Shown: in pieces, positions 9,770 through 15,791 of the stretch | Numbering within the stretch: position 1 is the first letter of the stretch | Layout: every line of letters starts with the position of its first letter | Virus record (IMG/VR): IMGVR_UViG_3300031758_000013 | Direction: 5' to 3' (one strand) | Length of the DNA: 64,000 nucleotides | From: an uncultured virus (IMG/VR IMGVR_UViG_3300031758_000013) | Lineage: Duplodnaviria > Heunggongvirae > Uroviricota > Caudoviricetes | The notes under the pieces: model-generated | What the model saw: the letters and a program-made list of their open reading frames with translations, nothing else | Databases searched by the model: none | What the model was told of the DNA's origin: nothing | Program-made: the position numbers and the translations under genes

Positions 9770-10111
9770 TTAAGCACTGTGAGCATTCTCCAGCTCGGTG
9801 AAGCCAAAGGAAGCGCAACGAAACTTAGTGCCGTCTTCCATTTCAATGATATCGCCAACCGACATCGAAGAGCAGCGAGGCGTAATGCGCTCGATCGCAG
9901 ATTCGTTTTCCCAGAGGTTCATCAGTGTGAACGCTTCTTCCATATCGTCGGTATCAACAGTAGCGACGTGAGTGTAAAACTGGAAATCTTCAGCCTTGAA
10001 GCGCGAATCGAGCGAACGGTTGAAGTAAGCCAGGTGCTTCGGAAAAGTCTCGCCGCGGTTGATAGCGTCGATTTCTTCATCGGTGAGCTGAATCTGATAA
10101 ACCTTAATCAT
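9770..10111 (-). CDS. Hypothetical early protein with YodL-like SMSVGDII motif
   Basis: VYQI...SSMSVGDII...F; early promoter upstream (10144-10172). Confidence 0.55.
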   Translation of the reverse strand: MIKVYQIQLTDEEIDAINRGETFPKHLAYFNRSLDSRFKAEDFQFYTHVATVDTDDMEEAFTLMNLWENESAIERITPRCSSMSVGDIIEMEDGTKFRCASFGFTELENAHSA

Positions 10112-10192
10112 TTCGTATTCCTTCTTTCATTCCTTATATTATTAGTATAGTCTATTTTCAAAATAATGTACAATAAAAAATGCACCGGACAT

Positions 10193-10223
10193 AAAAAATC
10201 CGGTGAGATAAACCCACCGGATT
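10193..10223 (-). terminator. Intrinsic terminator after OMP gene
   Basis: AATCCGGTG/CACCGGATT stem then T-run on the minus strand. Confidence 0.75.
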
Positions 10224-10240
10224 CATTATTGGAATTAAGA

Positions 10241-10732
10241 TTAGAAACGAACGCCGAAGCCTACAAGAGCTCCGTGCTGACCAACTCCACGATCAAAGTC
10301 GGTATAGCGATACTCGACCTTGCCATAGACAGGACCAGCAATGTTGGCTTCAACACCAGCTCCAAGACGCAGGCCTTCGAGTTCAGTCGAAGTGGTCTGC
10401 TTCCAGTTGGCATATCCAACCTTACCATAAACAAGAACAGCGTCCTTGATTACATAGCCAAGGCGAGCAGATGCACCAACATTACGACGATCGAATACAT
10501 TGTCAAGATTTGCTTCAAATCCAACAATAACATTCTTGTAAAGTTCAGCATCGAAACCAACAGCAGCTCCATAAGTAACATCAGTTAGGTCAAGCCGGCG
10601 AGCTGCGACTGGACCAGTAACATCGTCTACTCCAGCAGTCACTTCAGCACGAACACCCGTAAAAGAATTTGCCATGGCTGGAGTTGCAAGAGCGGTGCTT
10701 GCAGTTGCAATTGCAATCATAAAGTTCTTCAT
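10241..10732 (-). CDS. Small outer-membrane beta-barrel protein (OmpA/Omp25-like 8-strand family)
   Basis: Signal peptide ending PAMA, amphipathic strands, KVEYRYTDF, C-terminal GFGVRF BAM signal. Confidence 0.85.
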   Translation of the reverse strand: MKNFMIAIATASTALATPAMANSFTGVRAEVTAGVDDVTGPVAARRLDLTDVTYGAAVGFDAELYKNVIVGFEANLDNVFDRRNVGASARLGYVIKDAVLVYGKVGYANWKQTTSTELEGLRLGAGVEANIAGPVYGKVEYRYTDFDRGVGQHGALVGFGVRF

Positions 10733-10831
10733 ATATATTCACCTTTTGTTGTTAATCAGCGATTGATAGGCTCAATCACCAAAGCCTTCATACAACTGGT
10801 TGATACTCTCTTCCAGTATTCCTTAAACTTG

Positions 10832-10999
10832 TTAATTCTTTGGATAGCGATAGTGGTAAACATCATCAATGTTTTCCCATTCAATATCGCTCAAATCAAG
10901 TGCACTAATATCTTTAAACACTTTATAGCCAAAATAAGATAAAATTCCTATGATGACTACTCCTGCAGCACCGGAAAATATCTTTGTATTTTTAAGCAT
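10832..10999 (-). CDS. Small single-TM protein
   Basis: Start re-called at MLKNTKIF after a GGAGA RBS; hydrophobic segment. Confidence 0.55.
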   Translation of the reverse strand: MLKNTKIFSGAAGVVIIGILSYFGYKVFKDISALDLSDIEWENIDDVYHYRYPKN

Positions 11000-11011
11000 T
11001 AATATCTCCAT

Positions 11012-11306
11012 GAATAAAGCGAAGTGGAAGGATTTGGTTGTACCTTCAAGACCCAGCCAATTACCTATGTAATCTCGGTCTACAACTCGTTTGCTGGTTG
11101 AGCAGGAGGACCACTCCCCGAGTTTTGCCTTACTCCCACTGGCGAGGGAGTTATTCAGCCACACTTCTTACGTAGCCCGTCGGCCACGATATCTAAATGA
11201 GTGTAATGGCTACTGAGGTGTCGACTCGCTAGGTCGGTAATTTCGCTCTTTACGTTCCCATCTTCCCCCATATCGCTTGGTCACCACGGGAACTTCCACT
11301 ACATTC
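11012..11306 (-). ncRNA. Candidate ~295-nt structured RNA immediately 3' of tRNA-Asn
   Basis: Terminal stem AGTGGAAG/CTTCCACT and many internal helices; GC-richer than flanks. Confidence 0.6.
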
Positions 11307-11310
11307 AAAC

Positions 11311-11385
11311 TGGCTCCTCAAGATGGATTCGAACCACCGACCAGCGCATTAACAGTGCGCGGCTCTACCGCTGAGCTATTGAGGA
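11311..11385 (-). tRNA. tRNA-Asn(GUU)
   Basis: Cloverleaf, anticodon loop CTGTTAA, encoded CCA. Confidence 0.95.
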
Positions 11386-11419
11386 ATATGATCTTTATAT
11401 TCTTAGTCTACATTATATA

Positions 11420-11617
11420 TCAATTAATGTCAACCGTTTTTAATTCAGCACGAATTTCTTTATAGTGGCGAGTAAGAATTTCGCGAACTTGTTGCTTCTC
11501 AGTAGGAGTTGCAAACTGAACTTCAAAATATAGATTACCATTCATTGAAGATTCACCAGCAGCATTATCTGCATCTTCAAGAAAATCGCTTATGTGTATT
11601 TGTGTTTTGATAGTCAT
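11420..11617 (-). CDS. Hypothetical protein
   Basis: AGGAG RBS, ORF between tRNAs. Confidence 0.6.
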   Translation of the reverse strand: MTIKTQIHISDFLEDADNAAGESSMNGNLYFEVQFATPTEKQQVREILTRHYKEIRAELKTVDIN

Positions 11618-11632
11618 AACAAACTCCTATAT

Positions 11633-11709
11633 TGGTGCCCTTGGCAGGATTCGAGCCTGCAACCATTCGCTTCGAAGGCGAGCGCTCTATCCAGTTGAGC
11701 TACAAAGGC
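11633..11709 (-). tRNA. tRNA-Arg(UCG)
   Basis: Cloverleaf, loop CTTCGAA, CCA; atypical T-loop CTCGAAT. Confidence 0.85.
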
Positions 11710-11714
11710 GTATA

Positions 11715-11751
11715 TGGTGCGGAATGAGAGGGTCGAACTCCCGGCATCCTT
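11715..11751 (-). pseudogene. 3' half of a split tRNA (probably Val)
   Basis: AAGG-ATGCC-GGGAG-TTCGACC-CTCTC-ATTCCGC-ACCA; pairs with the 5' half at 12358-12386. Confidence 0.85.
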
Positions 11752-11757
11752 TGAATA

Positions 11758-11833
11758 TGGTAGGTCCTGACGGGCTCGAACCGCCGACATCATCCGTGTA
11801 AAGGACGCACTCTACCAACTGAGTTAAGGACCC
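11758..11833 (-). tRNA. tRNA-Val(UAC)
   Basis: Cloverleaf, loop TTTACAC, CCA. Confidence 0.95.
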
Positions 11834-12317
11834 GTGACCGATATAATCGGTTGTATTTATTACGTTTTGTATTCTTTTTATTGCGACCACACCATGTATG
11901 TGTTTGAGTATGGCAGTTTGGACATAAAATTTGCAAGTTATCTAATGAATTATTATCACTATTTCCATCTATATGATCCATTTGTAAGGTGAGAGGTTTA
12001 TTGTTCCACTCAGAACCTACACCGCATGCTTCACAATATTCTCCGCGTGTTTCAAACAAATACCGTTTCATGTGCTGTTCAGCAAGAACTTCTCCATTTT
12101 GTATTTGTTTGAAACGTTCTTTCCATTCATATTCACGTTGACATTTATTACTGCAATATTTGGCATTAAACGTCAAGCTTTGGCAATTTGGGCACAGTGT
12201 AGCTTCTTTAGTTTTACGTGAAACAGAATATCTTCCACCTTCGCGATGGACACTTTTATGTCCATTTAGTTTACGATGGTTATCAAATTCTTTGTCGCAC
12301 ACTTCGCACTTGTACAT
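11790..12317 (-). CDS. HNH homing-endonuclease-like protein with N-terminal C2H2 zinc finger
   Basis: YKCEVCDKEF...HKSVH; CxxC ribbons; DHIDGNSDNNSLDNLQILCPNCH; AGGAG RBS and TATAAATA upstream. Confidence 0.9.
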   Translation of the reverse strand: MYKCEVCDKEFDNHRKLNGHKSVHREGGRYSVSRKTKEATLCPNCQSLTFNAKYCSNKCQREYEWKERFKQIQNGEVLAEQHMKRYLFETRGEYCEACGVGSEWNNKPLTLQMDHIDGNSDNNSLDNLQILCPNCHTQTHTWCGRNKKNTKRNKYNRLYRSRVLNSVGRVRPLHG

Positions 12318-12357
12318 ATAAACTCCTTAGCTCAATTACTAAGTTATTTATAATTTT

Positions 12358-12386
12358 AAGGCGCTCTACCACTGAGCTAATCCCGC
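12358..12386 (-). pseudogene. 5' half of a split tRNA (probably Val)
   Basis: GCGGGAT-TA-GCTC-AGTGGTA-GAGC-G-CCTT then abrupt AT-rich sequence. Confidence 0.85.
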
Positions 12387-12391
12387 GAAAC

Positions 12392-12468
12392 TGGTACCCG
12401 TGGAGGGACTCGAACCCCCAACATCCTGGACCTAAACCAGGCGCCTCTTCCAATTGGACTACACGGGC
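12392..12468 (-). tRNA. tRNA-Leu(UAG), short variable loop
   Basis: Cloverleaf, loop TTTAGGT, CCA. Confidence 0.85.
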
Positions 12469-12545
12469 AAGTGACTCCCCACAGTGTGCTTCACTACTTG
12501 GTTGGCCGAACCTTTCACATCGAGAGGCAGGGGGAGTTCTATTAA

Positions 12546-12704
12546 TTACTTAGTTACAGCAACTCTAAGAGTGCCAAGGCCAAGAGCACCAAGAAGTGCA
12601 TATACGTATTCTGGAATAACATAACCTAAAGCTTGAGCAACAGCTAAAGCAATAGTAACTGCAGATACGATATAGGTCTTTTTACCTTCTAAAAATGCCA
12701 TCAT
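12546..12704 (-). CDS. 52-aa two-TM protein, holin-like (MMAFLEGKKTYIVSAVTIALAVAQALGYVIPEYVYALLGALGLGTLRVAVTK)
   Basis: Read by eye; AGGAG RBS and TATAAATA at 12749-12756; not in ORF track. Confidence 0.65.
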   Translation of the reverse strand: MMAFLEGKKTYIVSAVTIALAVAQALGYVIPEYVYALLGALGLGTLRVAVTK

Positions 12705-12762
12705 AGAGTTTTCTCCTTATATTAATAAAGTCTTGCAAGACTCGACTATATTTATATAAGGT

Positions 12763-12838
12763 TGGTGGAGAATAACGGGATCGAACCGTTGACCTTCTGC
12801 ATGCAAAGCAGACGCTCTCCCAGCTGAGCTAATCCCCC
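12763..12838 (-). tRNA. tRNA-Ala(UGC)
   Basis: Cloverleaf with G3:U70, loop TTTGCAT, CCA. Confidence 0.95.
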
Positions 12839-12840
12839 AT

Positions 12841-13110
12841 TTAAATACTTGGTTTATCAACGTTTGCGTTCATAGCTTCCATTGTTTCTAACCGAAGTGT
12901 TTCAATTTCAGATGCAGACGGAACGTAATTCTTTTTATAATTATATTCCATCAATTCATCTTGAGACATAGTCGACTTGAGATCAGAAACTATGAATGCA
13001 AACCGTAATACTTCATTGCTATTTGGATTATACATTGATACAGACTTAAGTCTGGCTTCAGCAATACGAAGATTATCAAATTTACTCATTGCAGATGAGA
13101 CTACATTCAT
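12841..13110 (-). CDS. Hypothetical protein (start re-called at MNVVSS)
   Basis: AGGAG RBS; the longer ORF-track start runs through tRNAs. Confidence 0.55.
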   Translation of the reverse strand: MNVVSSAMSKFDNLRIAEARLKSVSMYNPNSNEVLRFAFIVSDLKSTMSQDELMEYNYKKNYVPSASEIETLRLETMEAMNANVDKPSI

Positions 13111-13134
13111 AATATACTCCTTTGTTGATAAATT

Positions 13135-13208
13135 TGGAGCGGGATACGGGAATCGAACCCGTCTAATCAGCTTGGAAGGCTGGAGCATTACCACTATGCT
13201 AATCCCGC
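13135..13208 (-). tRNA. tRNA-Gly(UCC)
   Basis: Cloverleaf, loop CTTCCAA, U73-CCA. Confidence 0.93.
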
Positions 13209-13215
13209 AGTATTC

Positions 13216-13291
13216 TGGTGCCCCCACGACGACTCGAACGCCGGACCTACGCATTACAAGTGCGTCGCTCTACCAACTGAGCTATAAGGGC
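13216..13291 (-). tRNA. tRNA-Thr(UGU)
   Basis: Cloverleaf, loop CTTGTAA, CCA. Confidence 0.95.
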
Positions 13292-13335
13292 TTACGATAT
13301 GTTCTATCGCTATTTGTGTTCTTTGCTTTATTAAA

Positions 13336-13412
<77 letters not shown>

Positions 13413-13432
13413 TTATTATCTATATATAAAGC

Positions 13433-13506
13433 TGGATGCCCCTCTAGGACTCGAACCTAGGTTGACGGATTCAAAGTCCGCTCTCTTACCACTAGAGGAA
13501 GGGGCA
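13433..13506 (-). tRNA. tRNA-Gln(UUG)
   Basis: Cloverleaf, loop CTTTGAA, U1:A72, CCA. Confidence 0.93.
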
Positions 13507-13513
13507 ATAAACT

Positions 13514-13598
13514 TGGTGGACCCCGTGGGGCTCGAACCCACGACCTTTTACAGATCGGTTTTACAGACCGATTGCCGAAACTATCGACTTTAAGACCC
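13514..13598 (-). tRNA. Atypical tRNA-Tyr(GUA)-like cloverleaf whose 3' 33 nt also match the split tRNA-Lys 5' half
   Basis: ATCGGT-CTGTAAA-ACCGAT anticodon arm and long variable arm; acceptor GGGTCTT/GGGGTCC has four G:U pairs; no U8 or D-loop GG. Confidence 0.55.
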
Positions 13599-13614
13599 CT
13601 TATTCTATACACCC

Positions 13615-13719
13615 TATCGGTTAACTCCATTCTAGATCGCGGTAAGGAATCCGATATTCGCCAGCGTTCCCCGTCTGTTAGTCTGGCTAGGTCTCTCCGG
13701 CAGTTTCTAGAATACCGGA
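13615..13719 (-). ncRNA. Candidate ~105-nt three-hairpin RNA with kissing loops
   Basis: TCCGG/CCGGA, GCCAG/CTGGC and TATCGG/CCGATA stems; loop sequences ATTCTAGA and TCTAGAAT are complementary. Confidence 0.5.
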
Positions 13720-13725
13720 TAATTC

Positions 13726-13801
13726 TGGTGATCCAGGTGGGGTTTGAACCCACGACCTCGGGTTTAAAAGACCTGTGCTCTACCTACTGAGCTACTGGAT
13801 C
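13726..13801 (-). tRNA. tRNA-Lys(UUU)
   Basis: Cloverleaf, loop CTTTTAA, CCA; one A-C mismatch in the anticodon stem. Confidence 0.9.
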
Positions 13802-14353
13802 GGTTATTTCTTTTAGAATATAATCTATAAATGTTTTTTTGTCAACTAGTTTTTGATAATCTGACCATTTGATACGAACAATTTTCCAACCTAAATTTTC
13901 TAGATATTCGTTTCGTCTTTTATCACTAGTAACAACTCTTCCATCTAAATAATGTTGGTCGCCATCAATTTCTAAATCAATATTACCTATAGCAAAATCC
14001 AATTGATAAGGACCAACTTGAAATTGTTCTACATATGAAACATCGTGTGAATCTAGAATTCCTTTCCAATATTCTTCTGGATAAGATCTTCCTTTAGAAT
14101 AGTGATTTAACTTATATGGTACCATATCAGGATTTTCTCTAAGAAATTTTATTCTGCTTTCGCTAATTTTTTTCTTAGTCTCTTCAGACAGTGGTCCACG
14201 TTTTTTGTTAGCATCACTCCACTTTTTTCGTGTTTCTTCTTTTATCTCCGGCTTAGATAGTCCTTCAACTTTTGCTTTAGTATATTGATTTGTACCATTG
14301 CCGCGTCTAGCAGCCATAGCAGCATACCATTTTTCGCTCTTAGGTTTACTCAT
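13784..14353 (-). CDS. NUMOD3-like + DUF559/Vsr-like (EDxHD-type) endonuclease
   Basis: SEETKKKISES repeat; EQFQVGPYQLDFA..LEIDGDQHY..DKRRNEYLENLGWKIVRIKW. Confidence 0.85.
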   Translation of the reverse strand: MSKPKSEKWYAAMAARRGNGTNQYTKAKVEGLSKPEIKEETRKKWSDANKKRGPLSEETKKKISESRIKFLRENPDMVPYKLNHYSKGRSYPEEYWKGILDSHDVSYVEQFQVGPYQLDFAIGNIDLEIDGDQHYLDGRVVTSDKRRNEYLENLGWKIVRIKWSDYQKLVDKKTFIDYILKEITDPVAQ

Positions 14354-14395
14354 ACCAGTCTCCTTACTAGTATTTATAAATTTAGAGCATTCAAC

Positions 14396-14431
14396 TAAAG
14401 CCCGTTGCTCTACCTACTGAGCTAGGGGTCC
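14396..14431 (-). pseudogene. 5' half of a split tRNA-Lys
   Basis: GGACCCC-TA-GCTC-AGTAGGTA-GAGC-A-ACGGG-CTTTA, broken in the anticodon loop. Confidence 0.85.
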
Positions 14432-14443
14432 ATTTAGTTGAAT

Positions 14444-14527
14444 TGGTGCGGGCGGCGGGACTCGAACCCGCACGGATCTCTCCACAAGATTTTAAGTCTC
14501 GCGCGGCTACCATTACACCACGCCCGC
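14444..14527 (-). tRNA. tRNA-Leu(UAA)
   Basis: Loop CTTAAAA, long variable arm, CCA. Confidence 0.92.
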
Positions 14528-14691
14528 GTGATTTAACCTAAGCGGTTTCTTCCTGCTTCAGGCGAGCGTATTCTTTCATAGCCCACTGAAAATCACCCGG
14601 TCGCAGAGCGCCCGAGTTTGCGGCCTGAGTGAACAGGCGGTCCAGCATTTCGCTCATCTTTTCCATAACAATCTCCATTCCGTATATTCTT

Positions 14692-14720
14692 AGTATAGTA
14701 TATTTTCAATATAATGTCAA
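14692..14720 (-). promoter_or_regulatory. Early promoter TTGACA-17-TATACT (family also at 9244, 10144, 11405, 19055, 19472, 20070, 28634, 38551)
   Basis: Near-consensus sigma70 promoters with shared flanking sequence. Confidence 0.75.
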
Positions 14721-14733
14721 CTAAAAAAACATA

Positions 14734-15009
14734 CTAGAACAGTAATGCGATAATAATTGCTACCAGCACTGGGCCTACAAGGCCGAGTCGCCGCGGAAAG
14801 GTATCCCACACTCTCAAATCAAATCCACCCCACCATGGCATCGATGCTCGAAGCTTATCGAGTGTATATCTTTCAATCCAACGATATTCTGCTTGAGCAT
14901 GCTCGCGACCTAGGTATAATGAGACTACTGCTAGTCCACCAATCCACCAATTACCAGTTGCAACACCTACTGCTATTTGGATTATTGCTGTTACTAAAAT
15001 ATGAATCAT
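14734..15009 (-). CDS. Membrane protein
   Basis: Hydrophobic segments; YLGREHAQAEYRWI motif. Confidence 0.65.
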   Translation of the reverse strand: MIHILVTAIIQIAVGVATGNWWIGGLAVVSLYLGREHAQAEYRWIERYTLDKLRASMPWWGGFDLRVWDTFPRRLGLVGPVLVAIIIALLF

Positions 15010-15036
15010 TGTGTTATTCCTTCACTGATCATGTGA

Positions 15037-15390
15037 TTAAGATCTTGATTGATTGCTTGTGTGCCATTGACCATATGAACAGTGAAGAAATTCATGACCC
15101 ACAAATTCTGGTTCATATTTAACAGTTGGTTTCACCATATGGATGGTGCATACATCAAAGGGAGCTCGTAATTCGCTAAACGCTACTATTTCTGTATCAT
15201 TAACGCCTTTAGCTTTAGCAGATGCAAGTAATTCTTTTTGTGTATTGTAAGTTACAACATTAACAAGAACCTGTTGTTTTTCATACTGTGGTGTACCAAA
15301 TTGATAACCATCAGCTCCAGTATTAGGAACTGGTTTGCATGAAGCAACAATAAAAGCAAATAACGTTACTGTAAAAAATTTGTTAAACAT
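15037..15390 (-). CDS. Putative lipoprotein with HExxH motif
   Basis: Lipobox VASC; GHEFLHC; late promoter at 15409-15416. Confidence 0.65.
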   Translation of the reverse strand: MFNKFFTVTLFAFIVASCKPVPNTGADGYQFGTPQYEKQQVLVNVVTYNTQKELLASAKAKGVNDTEIVAFSELRAPFDVCTIHMVKPTVKYEPEFVGHEFLHCSYGQWHTSNQSRS

Positions 15391-15446
15391 AAAGCAGTCC
15401 TCCTATATTATTTATAGGATTATACTGACTACCAATTCATGTTTAT

Positions 15447-15505
15447 AGTCCAAGATTTTATAAAAAAGTCTTATGTTTCCTGCTTTATTTATAAAATCTT
15501 GGACT
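15447..15505. repeat. 18-bp perfect inverted repeat overlapping a late promoter
   Basis: AGTCCAAGATTTTATAAA (15447-15464) / TTTATAAAATCTTGGACT (15488-15505). Confidence 0.8.
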
Positions 15506-15510
15506 CTATG

Positions 15511-15597
15511 AGGAAGCGGTGGGATTCGAACCCACGGTACCCGCAAAGGTACGACAGTTTTCAAGACTGTATCAATCGACCGCTCTGACACGCTTCC
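15511..15597 (-). tRNA. tRNA-Ser(UGA), CCA not encoded
   Basis: Loop CTTGAAA, long variable arm, canonical T-arm. Confidence 0.88.
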
Positions 15598-15654
15598 AAA
15601 GTTGAGGAGCTAACCGTGGCCCCTCGCGTGCTTATTAGGTAGCAACCCCATAAC

Positions 15655-15731
15655 TGGTGCGTCTGGCAGGTCCTGACCCTGCGACCTCAGAGTTATCAGC
15701 ACATGTGCTCTGCCAACTGAGCTACAAACGC
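15655..15731 (-). tRNA. Degenerate tRNA-Ile(GAU) (possible pseudo-tRNA)
   Basis: Acceptor, D-arm and CCA intact; anticodon stem mispaired; T-loop GTCAGGA. Confidence 0.6.
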
Positions 15732-15791
15732 ACATAAAGAGTTTCTAACGATGTCAAAGAGCAAGTTGGCGAGGGTGCCAGAATAGAAAAG

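Larger units (their letters stand above)
11715..12386 (-). mobile_element. tRNA-splitting cassette 1: late promoter + HNH endonuclease + replacement tRNA-Val, nested in the anticodon loop of a split tRNA
   Basis: Flanking halves form acceptor GCGGGAT/ATTCCGC and anticodon stem CCTT/AAGG. Confidence 0.75.
13514..14431 (-). mobile_element. tRNA-splitting cassette 2: late promoter + DUF559/Vsr-like endonuclease + replacement tRNA-Lys + structured RNA, nested in a split tRNA-Lys
   Basis: Outer halves form a perfect acceptor GGACCCC/GGGGTCC; their D- and T-arms match the nested tRNA-Lys. Confidence 0.68.

Noticed and set aside
10832..11164. 110-aa ORF as given in the ORF track
   Set aside because: The N-terminal extension runs through the structured RNA; the RBS supports a start at 10999.
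11012..11306. tmRNA or RNase P RNA identity for the structured region
   Set aside because: No alanyl-tRNA-like ends or T-arm, and no GAGGAAAGUCC/P4 signature.
13457..13790. ORFs over tRNA genes (13457-13753, 13572-13790; also 11592-11801, 11687-11890, 12977-13429, 18095-18466)
   Set aside because: They overlap clear tRNA cloverleaves and lack RBS or protein-like motifs.
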